From Gammaproteobacteria bacterium (lineage in GTDB: Bacteria; Pseudomonadota; Gammaproteobacteria; Ga0077536): a stretch of 64,000 bases of DNA. Shown here in pieces: positions 29,668 to 40,254 of the stretch. Under the pieces are notes generated by a model. The model had not been told where the DNA came from, did no database searches, and saw nothing but the letters and a program-made list of their open reading frames with translations. The position numbers and the translations under genes were made by a program. Within the stretch, counting starts at the first letter, position 1. Every line of letters starts with the position of its first letter. The stretch covers positions 42,641 through 106,640 of the forward strand of contig JBFWUN010000002.1 in the NCBI GenBank assembly GCA_050247235.1. The letters are read 5' to 3'.

Positions 29668-30207
29668 TCATTCGGCAGCTTTCTTCTTCGGCGGAATGAT
29701 GACCTTCACGCGCCCCGGCTTACTGACGGGGTCGGAGGTCCGCGGTGCGTTTGCGGCGCCTCGACCGGTAATGATGCTGCGGCGCGTGTCGTAATTGATC
29801 CGGTAACCCTCGAACAGTCGATCACCCTGGGTGAGGCGGGCCTTGTCGATGAGATAGAGGAGGCTCTTGCGCTGGTGATACTCGATCTGCAAACCCTCAC
29901 CCTCGATGTCCTGCTTGCCTCCGTCGGGCGTCTGTTTGAAGTACGCAGGCTTGCCCTCGAGGTATACGTCGACGAGCTGCCGGTCCTCGTCGAAATTGGC
30001 GATCAGCTTGTCCCCGGTCATGCGCATGGTGCCTTGTACAACCACGACATTCCCCGTGTAGGTCGTCCGTCCGGCGGCGTCATCGAGTTCGGCAAAGTCG
30101 GCTTCAATCTCGATAGGTTGCTCGACGTCAGTGCTCAGGCCACTGGCGAGACCGGCGTGGAGCAGCAGCGCGAGTGCTCCCAGCTTACGTGGAAGGCGGC
30201 TTCTCAT
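29668..30207 (-). CDS. lptA: LPS transport periplasmic protein LptA
   Basis: Trimmed to Met16 (signal peptide MRSRLPRKLGALALLLHAGLASG). OstA-like repeats (IEIEADFAELDD, TYTGNVVVVQGTMRMTGDKL). Confidence 0.8.
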   Translation of the reverse strand: MRSRLPRKLGALALLLHAGLASGLSTDVEQPIEIEADFAELDDAAGRTTYTGNVVVVQGTMRMTGDKLIANFDEDRQLVDVYLEGKPAYFKQTPDGGKQDIEGEGLQIEYHQRKSLLYLIDKARLTQGDRLFEGYRINYDTRRSIITGRGAANAPRTSDPVSKPGRVKVIIPPKKKAAE

Positions 30208-30754
30208 GACGGGTTCTGACTCGCTCCAGCAGTTCCAGACGGTTATGTTCAAAGTTAGCGCGGAATCCCCGGGTTCGAGTGACCGTGGAGGGACCCTTGA
30301 TGGTGGCCGAATTGTCGGTTTCCGCGTACTGCACCTTGGGAAACACCCTGAGCTCGGAAGTCAGGATCTCGAACTCCCTTTGCCCGAGTTCGTCGACACG
30401 CCAGATTTCGACGCGGCCTTGCAGGAAGATCACTTCGTTGTTCGACTTGACGAGACCTCGTTCCGCGACGACCTGCCAGGGATTCTGCCCGCCATTGTAA
30501 ATCTCCATATGGGGGTGGGCCAATTCGGTGGTGTCGTCGTCCGGATAATGGAAGACCTGCTCGGCAGTGAGCACATTCTGCAGGCCGCCCTCGCGGTTCA
30601 TCGTGTGCCGAATCATCTCGACGAGGTAATAGTCAGGCTCGTGTGGCGCCGCCGCAGCGTCCCGGTCGGCGCTTTCATCGAGCTGTTGCCACAGCCAGAA
30701 CGTCAGTGCACCGATGGCGGCAGTCCCGATCGCGGTCAGCCAATGACGGCTCAT
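30185..30754 (-). CDS. lptC: LPS export system protein LptC
   Basis: Trimmed to Met15 (MSRHWLTAIGTAAIGALTFWLW membrane anchor). Position between kdsC and lptA; start overlaps the kdsC stop (TGATG). Confidence 0.75.
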   Translation of the reverse strand: MSRHWLTAIGTAAIGALTFWLWQQLDESADRDAAAAPHEPDYYLVEMIRHTMNREGGLQNVLTAEQVFHYPDDDTTELAHPHMEIYNGGQNPWQVVAERGLVKSNNEVIFLQGRVEIWRVDELGQREFEILTSELRVFPKVQYAETDNSATIKGPSTVTRTRGFRANFEHNRLELLERVRTRHEKPPST

Positions 30755-31311
30755 CAGCGCGGAGCCGGGCAATTCAACGGCACCAGGGGAGTGCACGGGA
30801 AAGGCAGCCTGCCGCAGGCGTGGACCAGAAACTCGGCGACCTCGCGCGCCGCGCCGCGGCCGCCGGGTGCTGATGTTCGACAGCAGGCAACACCGAAAAC
30901 GGCGGGGTGGGCGTCGGCAACGGCGATCGGGAGCCCTACCCGGCGCATGACCGGGATATCAGGGAGGTCGTCACCGAGATAGCTCAGACGATCCGCCGCC
31001 ACCCCGGCTTCTTCGCACAACTGGTCGAGCGCCTCGAGCTTGTCGCGGCGCCCCTGGTAGACGAAACGCACGCCGAGTTCGGTCATCCGATGGGCGACGA
31101 CGCTCGACTGACGGCCCGTGATGACGGCGAGTTCGATTCCGGCCTCGCGCAGCATCGTCATTCCCTGACCGTCGCGCACATTGAACTGCTTGTACTCCTC
31201 GCCGTCGGGTCCGAGCAGGATGCTCCCGTCCGTGAGCACTCCATCGACGTCGAATACCGCCACGCGGACTTGCCGTGAGAGGCGCTCCAGTTCAGCGAGG
31301 TCCATGCTCAT
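30754..31311 (-). CDS. kdsC: 3-deoxy-D-manno-octulosonate 8-phosphate phosphatase
   Basis: HAD motif VAVFDVDGVLTDG, YLGDDLPD, GRGAAREV. Confidence 0.85.
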   Translation of the reverse strand: MSMDLAELERLSRQVRVAVFDVDGVLTDGSILLGPDGEEYKQFNVRDGQGMTMLREAGIELAVITGRQSSVVAHRMTELGVRFVYQGRRDKLEALDQLCEEAGVAADRLSYLGDDLPDIPVMRRVGLPIAVADAHPAVFGVACCRTSAPGGRGAAREVAEFLVHACGRLPFPCTPLVPLNCPAPR

Positions 31312-32309
31312 ACCACGCGAGCCTTGAGCAGGTCGTGCATGTTGATAGCGCCGAGGAGCTTGTGATCACCATCCACCACGAGCAACGCGTTGATCTTGCG
31401 CTCCTGCATGATACCGAGCGCTTCCGCAGCGAGCAGATCCGCGCGCACGGTGCTGCAGTTGGCGGTCATGACTTCGCGCATCGCGACCTGCCGCACGTCG
31501 AGCCCTCGATCGATCGCACGCCGGAGATCACCGTCGGTGAAAATCCCCAGCAGGCCCCCGGCACGGTCCACCACCGCAGTCAATCCCAGGCCCTTGCGCG
31601 TCATCTCCAGCAGCGCGTCTGCCAGGCGCGTTTCGGGTGCGACCGTCGGCATGCCGGCTCCCGTATGCATGAGATCACGCACTTTGAGCAGGAGTCGCCT
31701 GCCGAGCGCGCCGCCGGGGTGCGATCGCGCGAAGTCCTCCTGTGTGAAACCACGTGCTTCGAGCAACGCGATGGCGAGCGCATCACCCATCGCCAGCGCG
31801 GCAGTGGTGCTCGACGTCGGTGCGAGCCCCAACGGGCATGCTTCCTGGGCGACGGCGATGTGGATGTGGACCGATGCAGACTCGGCGAGCGTCGAGCGCC
31901 GATTGCCCGTCATCGCGACCAGCGGCACCCCGAGCCGCTTCAGAAGTGGAATCAGCACCACCAGTTCGTCCGTTTCTCCCGAGTTCGACAACGCGAGCAC
32001 CACGTCCTCGCGGGTGATCATCCCCATGTCCCCGTGGCTTGCTTCTCCCGGGTGCACGAAGAATGCCGGCGTCCCCGTACTGGCCAACGTCGCAGCAATC
32101 TTGTTCGCAACATGCCCGGACTTGCCCATGCCGAGCACGACAATCCGGCCGCGACACGCGAGCATCGCGTGCGCCGCCGCCACGAACTCCTCGCCGAGAC
32201 TTGGAATGAGTCCTTCTATCGATTCGGCTTCAATGCGCAGTACGGCACGGCCGAGTTCAGTCAGCCTGCGCGGGTCGGCCGTCGTCGGCTGCAGGATAGG
32301 ATCGGTCAT
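31308..32309 (-). CDS. kdsD: Arabinose-5-phosphate isomerase (SIS + tandem CBS)
   Basis: GRIVVLGMGKSGHV, ALSNSGET, and a C-terminal CBS pair. Stop overlaps the kdsC start by 4 nt. Confidence 0.9.
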   Translation of the reverse strand: MTDPILQPTTADPRRLTELGRAVLRIEAESIEGLIPSLGEEFVAAAHAMLACRGRIVVLGMGKSGHVANKIAATLASTGTPAFFVHPGEASHGDMGMITREDVVLALSNSGETDELVVLIPLLKRLGVPLVAMTGNRRSTLAESASVHIHIAVAQEACPLGLAPTSSTTAALAMGDALAIALLEARGFTQEDFARSHPGGALGRRLLLKVRDLMHTGAGMPTVAPETRLADALLEMTRKGLGLTAVVDRAGGLLGIFTDGDLRRAIDRGLDVRQVAMREVMTANCSTVRADLLAAEALGIMQERKINALLVVDGDHKLLGAINMHDLLKARVV

Positions 32310-32478
32310 AGGAAGACGATGCTTCGGAGGGACCGCGGATCAGCGAACCGTGCGTCCCGCGCAAGGGCGATGGATTCCATTACAATTTCGGCGCGATTCG
32401 ATTATCCGACAGTCTGCCATGGTGACCAAGCGGACGTCGCTTTTTTTGCCCCGGTCCGCACCGGATGTCCGAAGGATC

Positions 32479-33207
32479 ATGATCAGACGCGGCGCCTCAA
32501 CCTTCCCGGGTCTGCCCCGTCAGGCAATCGTTCTCGCCGCCGGACGCGGCGAGCGACTGCGCCCGCTGACCGATCGACTGCCGAAGCCGCTCGTGCCATT
32601 GCGCGGACACGCGCTCATCGACTACCACCTGCACCGCCTGCGACGGGCCGGGATTCAACACTGTGTAATCAACATCGCCCATCTCGCCCAGCTGATCGTG
32701 CAGCACGTGGGGAACGGGAGCCGGTACGGTCTGCGGGTGACGTACTCGCCCGAGCCTCCTGGCGCGCTCGAAACCGGCGGCGGAATCCTCCACGCGCTGT
32801 CGCTGCTGCATGACGCGCCCTTTCTGGCGGTCAACGCGGACATCTACTGCGAGTTCGATTTCCTCGCGCTCGCGCACCGTCCCGCTTCCCCTGCGCATCT
32901 CGTCCTGATTGACAATCCCCGCCATCACCCTCGCGGTGACTTCACTCTGTGCGGATATCGGGTAGGCAACGAGGCGTCGCCGCGTCTCACGTTCAGCGGC
33001 ATCGGAGTGTATTCAACGGCACTGTTCGAAAACGCTCCGAATGCGCGCCGCTTTCCGCTCGCGCCGCTGCTGCGCGTGGCCGCGGCGCGCGGCGATGTGA
33101 CCGGCGAGCATTTCAAAGGCCGCTGGTTCGACCTCGGGACAACGACACGCCTGGCACATGCGACGGCTGCACTCGACGTGAAAAGGCGAAACAGGATTGC
33201 CATATAA
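32479..33207 (+). CDS. murU: Nucleotidyltransferase, MurU-like (N-acetylmuramate alpha-1-phosphate uridylyltransferase candidate)
   Basis: ATG 32479 within track ORF 31390..33207. AIVLAAGRGERLRPLTDRLPKPLV sugar-nucleotidyltransferase signature, about 240 aa, MurU-like C-terminus (WFDLGT). No amgK-like kinase gene is adjacent, so the specificity is inferred. Confidence 0.65.
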   Translation: MIRRGASTFPGLPRQAIVLAAGRGERLRPLTDRLPKPLVPLRGHALIDYHLHRLRRAGIQHCVINIAHLAQLIVQHVGNGSRYGLRVTYSPEPPGALETGGGILHALSLLHDAPFLAVNADIYCEFDFLALAHRPASPAHLVLIDNPRHHPRGDFTLCGYRVGNEASPRLTFSGIGVYSTALFENAPNARRFPLAPLLRVAAARGDVTGEHFKGRWFDLGTTTRLAHATAALDVKRRNRIAI

Positions 33208-33270
33208 AACATAAATTTATTTAACAAATCCGAATTTAGAATTAGAATTCCGCCTGAACTATCTGAATAT
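33201..33270 (+). promoter_or_regulatory. AT-rich intergenic patch with a candidate promoter for the MltF-like gene
   Basis: About 70 nt of AT-rich sequence in a GC-rich genome. TTAACA (33221-33226), 16 nt, TAGAAT (33243-33248). Triple GAATT(T)A/GAATTA/GAATTC direct repeat at 33232-33250. Confidence 0.35.
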
Positions 33271-33401
33271 CCTCATCAGCCCTGCGCGAGCACGTGGCGT
33301 TTCCCCGAGCGGCGGTTGCCGTAGTGGGCATTCGGCAGTTCAATACGTCGACTCGCTCACAAAACAACGACCTCAGAACGACCAAAGGCTTTGCGCCGAC
33401 C

Positions 33402-35543
33402 ATGACTCGATCCGGCTCAGGACGTGCCGCTCCAAGGCGGCGCGTGGCAACGCTTGTCGCTGCGTTTTGTGCGGTGCTCGTCACCGCGCAGGCGGCTGCG
33501 CTGGCGTCGCGTCCTCGGCTCGGGCTGGAACAGGCGCTCAGAGCCGAAGCAACCTCCCCGCGTCCACTGCGCGTTCTGGTGCTGGGCGGGACGGTGAATT
33601 CGACACATCGACGGGACGCGATCGAATTCGCGATCCTGTCCGACTACGCACGCACGCACGACCTCGCGATCGATTGGCGACCGGTATATCGCCCCGCGGA
33701 ACTGTACGAACGACTGGTGCGCGGCGAAGCGGATCTCGCGATCGGGGCAATGCCCGCCGAGTACCTCAAGCGCCCGACCATCAGTGCCACGCACCCGCTT
33801 GCGACCCAGCGCTTCCAGGTCATCGGCCGCAACGGGTTGCGGGTTCGCGATCCGCTCGGCCTCGCGGGTCTTCGCCTCGGCATCCGGCTGTCCTCCCCGC
33901 TGTGGTCCTACTTCGAACAGCTGCAGCGGGCGGTTCCGGGCCTCCAACTCGACGCCTTGCCAAGTACGCTGGACCGCGATGCCGCGCTCCGGCTCGTCGC
34001 GGACGGGGTATACGACGCCACCGTGTTGCCGGTCACCCTGGGCAGCGGTGACCTGGAGGCCTATCCACGACTCCAGCGCCAGTTCGACCTGACGGACGAC
34101 GAAGCCTTCGGCTGGTACCTGCGCAGTGATCGCCAGGGTCTGCTGCGGAGCCTGAACGGGTTCATCGCGCGTTACCATGCCGCCTACTTCGAGCCGGTCC
34201 GCGCGCCGCGCAATTTCACGCAGATCCGTCGGCGTGGCGTCCTTCGAATCGGGACCCGCGTCGACCCGCGCAACTATTTCGTCGCACGTGGGAAACCGTC
34301 CGGCTACGAGTTCGAACTCGCCACCGCATTCGCCAACGCGCACGGACTGAAGCTGCAGATACTGACCGCTACCCGTGACGAACAGCTCGTCGGCTGGGTC
34401 AAGGAAGGCGCGGTGGACGTGGTCACCACGCGCATCGACGGCAGCCTGGTGCGTGGGGAACCCGGAGTCAGCTTCTCGCGCATCTACCATCACACCAGTT
34501 ATGTCCTGCTGACGAGCACTGACGCTCCCCTCTACAACGTCGCAGATCTCAAGGGTCGGCGGGTGGGCGCTTACGCGGATTCGGCGGAGCTGCGTGCGAC
34601 ACGCAGTGCCGTTGCGAACACCGGCCTGATTCCGATTGCTGTCGATCGCGCGCTTCCGGCCGGTGCACTGCTGGATCGTGTCGTCGCACGCGCGATCGAC
34701 GCCGTGGTGGTCGATGCCGAGACCGCCCGGGAAGTCATCGCGGCCAACCCCGGGCTTGTGTCGGGGTTGAGCCTGCCATCCAGAGTCAATTACCGCTGGC
34801 TCGTGCGCACGGGGGATCCACGGCTCAAGCGTGCAATCGATCGGTTCATTACCGCGCCCGGAACCCGTCGCCTGGACGCGGTGCTCACGGGACGGTACCT
34901 GGTCCCGCGGCACGCCACGCAGTTGGCGGGCAAGGGTTCGAGAATTTCCCCGTTCGATGCGTTGCTGAGGACGTATGCCGAGCGTTACGACTTCGACTGG
35001 CGGCTGATCGCCGCCCAGGCGTACCAGGAAAGCCGGTTCGACCCGCGCGCGGAGTCCACCGGAGGTGCCAAGGGTTTGATGCAGATGCTGCCCGGTACTG
35101 CCCGTGCGCTAGGGTTCCGCAACATCCTGGAACCGGAATCCGCGATCCACGCCGGCGTGAAATACCTGTACAAGCTGCGCAACGAATTCGATGCGGAGGT
35201 CCCGGCCGGAGAACGCACGTGGTTCGCGCTCGCCGCCTACAATGCCGGCTACGCGCGTGTTGCGCGCGCCCGCCGTCTTGCCGCCCGGCTCAATCTCGAT
35301 CCCAATCGCTGGTTCGGCAATGTCGAAACGGCGATGATGAAATTCGCGCGGCCGGACAATGGTGGCAAGCCCCAGCGGGGTTACGGGCAAGCCATCATCT
35401 ACGTCCGCCAGATTCAGTCCCTCTACAGCACTTACCTGCAACTGGGCGATGCCGGGAATGCGCCGGCCTTGACCGGGCCCACGCTGTCGGAAGCGATCGA
35501 CGAACGATATTCACCGCGTCACTGGGCATTGGCTTCGCGCTGA
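33402..35543 (+). CDS. Membrane-bound lytic murein transglycosylase F-like protein with two solute-binding-protein-like domains
   Basis: Trimmed to Met37 (signal peptide). Two SBP_bac_3-like segments (LRVLVLGG...ADLAIGAM; [22 protein letters not shown]). C-terminal SLT domain with catalytic [11 protein letters not shown]...[11 protein letters not shown]. Confidence 0.8.
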   Translation: MTRSGSGRAAPRRRVATLVAAFCAVLVTAQAAALASRPRLGLEQALRAEATSPRPLRVLVLGGTVNSTHRRDAIEFAILSDYARTHDLAIDWRPVYRPAELYERLVRGEADLAIGAMPAEYLKRPTISATHPLATQRFQVIGRNGLRVRDPLGLAGLRLGIRLSSPLWSYFEQLQRAVPGLQLDALPSTLDRDAALRLVADGVYDATVLPVTLGSGDLEAYPRLQRQFDLTDDEAFGWYLRSDRQGLLRSLNGFIARYHAAYFEPVRAPRNFTQIRRRGVLRIGTRVDPRNYFVARGKPSGYEFELATAFANAHGLKLQILTATRDEQLVGWVKEGAVDVVTTRIDGSLVRGEPGVSFSRIYHHTSYVLLTSTDAPLYNVADLKGRRVGAYADSAELRATRSAVANTGLIPIAVDRALPAGALLDRVVARAIDAVVVDAETAREVIAANPGLVSGLSLPSRVNYRWLVRTGDPRLKRAIDRFITAPGTRRLDAVLTGRYLVPRHATQLAGKGSRISPFDALLRTYAERYDFDWRLIAAQAYQESRFDPRAESTGGAKGLMQMLPGTARALGFRNILEPESAIHAGVKYLYKLRNEFDAEVPAGERTWFALAAYNAGYARVARARRLAARLNLDPNRWFGNVETAMMKFARPDNGGKPQRGYGQAIIYVRQIQSLYSTYLQLGDAGNAPALTGPTLSEAIDERYSPRHWALASR

Positions 35544-36214
35544 TAGCGGGTGAAGTCGTCGCTGCTGGCGGCGCGAAACCCGTCCCGCCGCAATACGCAC
35601 GCATCGCACCTGCCGCAGGCCTCTCCCGCCTCGTTGGCCTGGTAGCAGGACACCGTGTCGCGGAACTCCACGCCAAGCGCCAGCCCCTCGCGGATGATGT
35701 CCGCTTTGCTCATCCGCAGGAGTGGCGCCATCACCCGTACGGGACACCCTTCGACACCCGTCTTGGTCGCGACGCGTGCCAGCGCCTCGAACGCCGCGAT
35801 GAACTCCGGGCGGCAGTCGGGGTACCCGGAATAGTCCACGGCATTCACGCCGATGTGGATTTCCGCCGCCGACAGGATCTCTGCCCAACCAAGTGCGATC
35901 GCCAGCATCACGGTGTTGCGCGCCGGGACGTAGGTCACCGGGATTCCCACGCTGCGGGATTCAGGCACCGGAGTGCCAGGATCGGTGAGCGCGGAGCCCC
36001 CGAACTGTGCGAAATCGAGCGTGACCACCCGGTGCGCGTGCGCGCCAAGTCGCGCCGACACGCGCCGCGCGGCAGCCAACTCGGCACGATGGCGCTGTCC
36101 GTAATCGATGCTCAATGCATAGCATTCGCGCCCGGAATAGCGCGCAAGCGCGAGCACGGTGGCTGAATCGAGCCCCCCCGATACCAGTACGACCGCACGG
36201 AGCGGGGCGGACAT
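35519..36214 (-). CDS. queC: 7-cyano-7-deazaguanine synthase
   Basis: [22 protein letters not shown]-terminal zinc Cys cluster (SCYQ..CGRCDAC). The 3' end overlaps the MltF-like 3' end by 25 nt. Confidence 0.9.
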   Translation of the reverse strand: MSAPLRAVVLVSGGLDSATVLALARYSGRECYALSIDYGQRHRAELAAARRVSARLGAHAHRVVTLDFAQFGGSALTDPGTPVPESRSVGIPVTYVPARNTVMLAIALGWAEILSAAEIHIGVNAVDYSGYPDCRPEFIAAFEALARVATKTGVEGCPVRVMAPLLRMSKADIIREGLALGVEFRDTVSCYQANEAGEACGRCDACVLRRDGFRAASSDDFTRYQREANAQ

Positions 36215-36237
36215 AGAGCGCTCGCGCGGTAGGCTGC

Positions 36238-37275
36238 TCAGCGGGCAGGCAATTGCGCGATGCGCTGTTCGGCAAGTTGCGCTGCGGCCGATCCCGGGAA
36301 GCGTTGCACGAGTTCGGTGAGCGACGCGCGGGCCTCGTCGTTCTGGCCGAGCTCCGCGTGGCTGTAGCCGATCTTCAGCATCGCGTGGGAGAGCTTCTTG
36401 CTCGCCGGGTACTGGGACAGCATCTTCTGGTACGCAGGCAACGCCGCCGTGAAGTCCCGCTTGACGTAGAACGCCTCGGCCAGCCAGAACTGTGCATTGT
36501 CACCGTACTGGCTGTTCGGAAACTGCTGCTGAAACGTTTCGAACGCCGCGATCGCGCGGTCGTATTCGCCCGACTTCAGCAGTGCGAATGCGTCGCGATA
36601 GGCGGTCTCGGACGCGGCATCATCTGTCGTGATCGGCGCCTGCATGGGTGCGACCGGGGCGTCAGGTGTCGAGACTGGCGCCGGTGTCTCCTGCATGCCC
36701 GGGGGAAGCGGTTGCACGGCCATCTGGCCGGGTGCCGGCAACATTCCTTGTCCGGGATCCGACGTCGGGCCCGGGGGTGGCGCTACCGCGAGCCCGGTCA
36801 CCGGGTCTACCGCCGGGGACGCGGGGGCATCCGTTGCGACCGCCGCGGGGCGCGACGTTTCGGTCTGCACCTGCAAGTCGCCCTGGGACGCCGGCGTGCC
36901 CGCCACCGCATCGGCGGCCGGCGGCGCGAGCACGGGCAATGCAGGCGTCTGGGCGGTACCCTGACCGGCGCCAGGCAGCACCCGCAACCGCTGGTCGAGA
37001 TCGTTGTAAGTCGCCGCCTGCGACTTCCGGAGCTGTTCGAGCGCGAACGCCTGGTTCTCGAGCTCGCCGCGGAGGCCCGCGATCTCCCGCTTGAGGCTGT
37101 CGATTTCCTGCAGGAGATCGAGCAGGCCGCGGTTGCTCAACGTCTGTTCGAGCTTGGCAACCCGACCCGCCAGATCGGAGGACTGCGCCACGCCAACACA
37201 CGGTGCCGCGCTCAGTGCGAGCGCCAGCACCAGCACAGAAACGGGTCTTTCACGGGGAGGACAACGTGCGGACAT
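36238..37275 (-). CDS. cpoB: Cell division coordinator CpoB (YbgF), Tol-Pal associated
   Basis: Signal peptide, coiled coil ([36 protein letters not shown]), long Pro/Ala linker, C-terminal TPRs. Located after pal. Confidence 0.85.
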   Translation of the reverse strand: MSARCPPRERPVSVLVLALALSAAPCVGVAQSSDLAGRVAKLEQTLSNRGLLDLLQEIDSLKREIAGLRGELENQAFALEQLRKSQAATYNDLDQRLRVLPGAGQGTAQTPALPVLAPPAADAVAGTPASQGDLQVQTETSRPAAVATDAPASPAVDPVTGLAVAPPPGPTSDPGQGMLPAPGQMAVQPLPPGMQETPAPVSTPDAPVAPMQAPITTDDAASETAYRDAFALLKSGEYDRAIAAFETFQQQFPNSQYGDNAQFWLAEAFYVKRDFTAALPAYQKMLSQYPASKKLSHAMLKIGYSHAELGQNDEARASLTELVQRFPGSAAAQLAEQRIAQLPAR

Positions 37276-37300
37276 GGGCGCGTGCTCCGGAAGATACCGC

Positions 37301-37846
37301 TCAGGGATACACGATCTCGACCCGGCGATTCAGGCCGTACGCCTGTTCATCGTGCCCCTCGGCAACCGGACGCTCCTCGCCGTAACTGACCGTGCGGATC
37401 TGACCGGCATTCGCGCCCAGCAGCACCAGCTGGCGACGTACCGCCAACGCACGGCGTTCACCGAGCGCGAGGTTGTATTCAGGCGTGCCGCGTTCGTCGG
37501 CGTGCCCTTCGAGCGCGATCGACGTCCCCGGGTTGGCCGCCAGGTAGGACGCATGGGCTTGCACCACGCCCTCGAAGTCGCCGCGTATGGTGGTGCTGTC
37601 GTAGTCGAAATAAATGACCCTGGTCGACAGCGGGCTGCTCGGATCGTTGAGCGCACTGGCGCCCGACCCGGTCCCGTCGTCCATGCCCTGGCTGCGGGCG
37701 GCATCGATGTCGCTCATCTCGCCGCTGGAGATGCCGCGGTTCTCCACGGCCGCGCTTCCGGTCGATTTCTTGTCAAGGCTGGAACAGCCCGACACACCGA
37801 ATACCACCAGCGCCGCCAGCATCGCGTTGCGCACAAACCGCGTCAT
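37301..37846 (-). CDS. pal: Peptidoglycan-associated lipoprotein
   Basis: Lipobox GVSGC; OmpA_C domain (LEGHADERGTPEYNLALGERRA, NRRVEIVY). Confidence 0.9.
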   Translation of the reverse strand: MTRFVRNAMLAALVVFGVSGCSSLDKKSTGSAAVENRGISSGEMSDIDAARSQGMDDGTGSGASALNDPSSPLSTRVIYFDYDSTTIRGDFEGVVQAHASYLAANPGTSIALEGHADERGTPEYNLALGERRALAVRRQLVLLGANAGQIRTVSYGEERPVAEGHDEQAYGLNRRVEIVYP

Positions 37847-37919
37847 GTCGTTTACTCCTCAATCGAATCGGTTGATCGACTTGATGCGCCAGTCCGGACG
37901 CGGAGCTGGCGACGAAATC

Positions 37920-39230
37920 CTACTTCCTGAACGGACCCCATGCCGGTTCACGTACCTGGCCACGCTGGAGCGCGAGCCGTTGCTTGACCGTGCCATCGAC
38001 CGAGGTTGCCGCGAGTTCGGTGCCGCGGCCGCCCATTGTGGCATAAATGATCATGCTGCCGTTCGGCGCGAAGCTCGGCGATTCGTCCAGGTTTCCGCCG
38101 GTGATCGCGCGGCTGCGTCCGCTCTCGAGATCGAAGACCGCGATTCGAAAACCGCTCCCGCCGCTGACCAGGACCAGCGATCTGCCGTCGGGTGAATAGC
38201 TCGCGCGCGCATTGTAATCACCCGCGTTGAAAGTCACACGCTGCTGGGGACCGCCAGCCGGAGACACGCGATAGATCTGAGGACTGCCCCCGCGATCGGA
38301 CGTGAAGACGATGGTCTGCCCGTCCGGTGACCACGCCGGCTCGGTATCGATGGCACCGTCGGTGGTCAGGCGGGTCTGCTGCCCGCTCCCGAGTTCCACG
38401 ACGTAGATGTCGGGGTTACCTTCCTTGGAACGCGTGACCGCGAGCCGCTGGCCGTCCGGCGAGAACGCCGGGGAACTGTTGATCCCGGCGCCGGACACGA
38501 CCTTCTGTCGCTGGCCACTGCGCACGTCCTGCACGTAGATCGCCGAGTTGCGCTCCTCGAAGGACACGTAGGCCAGGCGGTTGCCGTCGGGCGACCACGC
38601 CGGTGACAGCACCGGCTGCCGGGACTCCAGAATGGTCTTCGCGTTGTATCCATCGGCGTCGGCTATCTGCAGCCGATAGGTCGAGTCCTTCGGCCCCCGG
38701 CGTTCCACCGTCACGTACGCGATGCGGGTGGAAAACGCACCCTTGGTCTTCAACAGCGTCTCGTAGATGATGTCGCTGATGTGATGTGCCGTCAGGCGCA
38801 GGTTGGACACGTGCGACGGAATCTGGAATCCGGCGATCTGCTTGCCGGTGAACACGTCCAGCAACCGGAATTCAACGAGGTAGCCGCCGTCACCCGTCGC
38901 ACTGATCCGCCCGATCACGAGATTGTCCATGCCGAGCACGCGCCAATCCTTGTAGTTCACCTGCGCCACATCGGCAGGCTGCGCCGGCAGGTCCTCGCGA
39001 GGCATCGGTTCGAAACTGCCGCTGCGGGTCAGGTCGTTGGAAATCACCTGCGCAAGGTCTTCCGGCAGCGGCGCGCCGCTCCACGCGAATGGGACGACTG
39101 CAATCGGCAACGCCCCCTCGACGCCCTGGGTGATGCGGATTTCGAGCGGACCCTTGGGCGCCGTCTGCGCAGCGGCGGAAAGCCCCCACAGCAGCATGGA
39201 TAAGGCAAGGACGTTTCTCATCACGGTCAT
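37920..39230 (-). CDS. tolB: Tol-Pal system beta-propeller protein TolB
   Basis: Track ORF trimmed to Met59 (signal peptide MTVMRNVLALSMLLWGLSAAAQ). Repeated SPAWSPDG/SPDG propeller motifs. Confidence 0.95.
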   Translation of the reverse strand: MTVMRNVLALSMLLWGLSAAAQTAPKGPLEIRITQGVEGALPIAVVPFAWSGAPLPEDLAQVISNDLTRSGSFEPMPREDLPAQPADVAQVNYKDWRVLGMDNLVIGRISATGDGGYLVEFRLLDVFTGKQIAGFQIPSHVSNLRLTAHHISDIIYETLLKTKGAFSTRIAYVTVERRGPKDSTYRLQIADADGYNAKTILESRQPVLSPAWSPDGNRLAYVSFEERNSAIYVQDVRSGQRQKVVSGAGINSSPAFSPDGQRLAVTRSKEGNPDIYVVELGSGQQTRLTTDGAIDTEPAWSPDGQTIVFTSDRGGSPQIYRVSPAGGPQQRVTFNAGDYNARASYSPDGRSLVLVSGGSGFRIAVFDLESGRSRAITGGNLDESPSFAPNGSMIIYATMGGRGTELAATSVDGTVKQRLALQRGQVREPAWGPFRK

Positions 39231-39243
39231 GGCACTCCGTTGT

Positions 39244-40254
39244 CTACGGCTCGAACACCAGGTTGAACTCACGCATCTGCTGGAGCAGGCGCGGCTCCTC
39301 CGGTACCGGCAGGGGGGACGCCTTGCGCACTGCAGTCTCGGCCTGGCGATCGAACACCGCATTGCCGCTCGACTGGATGACGCGCGCTTCGACGACATCT
39401 CCACCCGGAATCACGCGCACGAAGAGCGTGCATTTTAGCCCCGGCGGCAGGCCCGGAGGATAAACGAACCCGCCTTCGATCGCCGCCTGGATGCGCGCCA
39501 TGTAGCGCTGGAGCTGGGTCGCGTCCTGGCTCGCCTGCAACGCCGCTTCCTCGGCGGCAAGCGCGTCCTGCAGCGCCTTCTCGGCAGCAGCGGCTTCGGC
39601 GCGCTGCTTCTCCTCGGCCTTGCGTCGGGCGTCCTCTTCCGCCTTGCGCCGCTTGGCCTCCTCGGCCTTTTTCCGCGCTTCCTCTTCTTCTCTCTTCTTC
39701 CTGGCGTCAGCTTCCGCCTTGGCTTTCGCCTCTTCCTCCTTGCGCTTTTCGGCGGCCTGGCGCGCCTCTTCCTCCGCCTTCTTCTTCTCCGCCTCGGCCC
39801 GCTTCTTGGCCAGCGCCGCGTCGGCCTTTTCCTGCTCGAGCCGCTTCTTGTCCTCCTCGAGCTGGCGATTCTGGCTCTCCCGTTCGCGTTTCTCCGCTTC
39901 CTGGGTCTTCCTCAGCAGCTCGAGCTTGCGCTGTTCCTCTCGCACACGCGCTTCGGCTTCGAGTTCACGCTGCTTTGCAGCCTCCTCCTTCCGCTTCTCG
40001 GCAGTCCGCAGCTTGCGGACTTCCTCTTCGACTTTCCGGCTGTCCACCGCCGTCGCCTGCATGACGTTCGGAGCCGCCGCGGGCGTGATGACGTTGTCCG
40101 ACTTCCAGTCAATGCCGATCACGACCACCACGATCAGGACCGTGTGTAGCAGTACGGAATAGTAGAAGGCCCGGCCCTGGCCGGAGCGCGGCTGCCGCGA
40201 CCGGGCCTCTGGGCGTTCCTTCTCGGGAGACCTGCGTGCCATCGGAGAGCTCAC
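39244..40254 (-). CDS. tolA: Tol-Pal system protein TolA
   Basis: N-terminal TM (FYYSVLLHTVLIVVVVIGI), long Lys/Glu/Ala-rich helical domain II, C-terminal TonB_C/TolA_III-like domain. Confidence 0.8.
   Translation of the reverse strand: MSSPMARRSPEKERPEARSRQPRSGQGRAFYYSVLLHTVLIVVVVIGIDWKSDNVITPAAAPNVMQATAVDSRKVEEEVRKLRTAEKRKEEAAKQRELEAEARVREEQRKLELLRKTQEAEKRERESQNRQLEEDKKRLEQEKADAALAKKRAEAEKKKAEEEARQAAEKRKEEEAKAKAEADARKKREEEEARKKAEEAKRRKAEEDARRKAEEKQRAEAAAAEKALQDALAAEEAALQASQDATQLQRYMARIQAAIEGGFVYPPGLPPGLKCTLFVRVIPGGDVVEARVIQSSGNAVFDRQAETAVRKASPLPVPEEPRLLQQMREFNLVFEP

Noticed and set aside
20500-31000. Apparently lower GC content in parts of polA, the DUF2782/OmpA region, ptsI and lptA/lptC compared with flanking genes.
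   Set aside because: This is a visual impression only; I cannot compute GC or codon statistics here. The genes are core with conserved synteny, so foreign origin is unlikely. A sliding-window GC/GC3 calculation would settle it.
39600-40000. Repetitive-looking DNA (GCC/TTC/CTC-rich periodic sequence) that could be mistaken for a tandem repeat array.
   Set aside because: It is the coding sequence for the Lys/Glu/Ala-rich helical domain II of TolA. The repeats are imperfect and in frame, with no spacer/repeat organisation, so it is not a CRISPR or a non-coding array.
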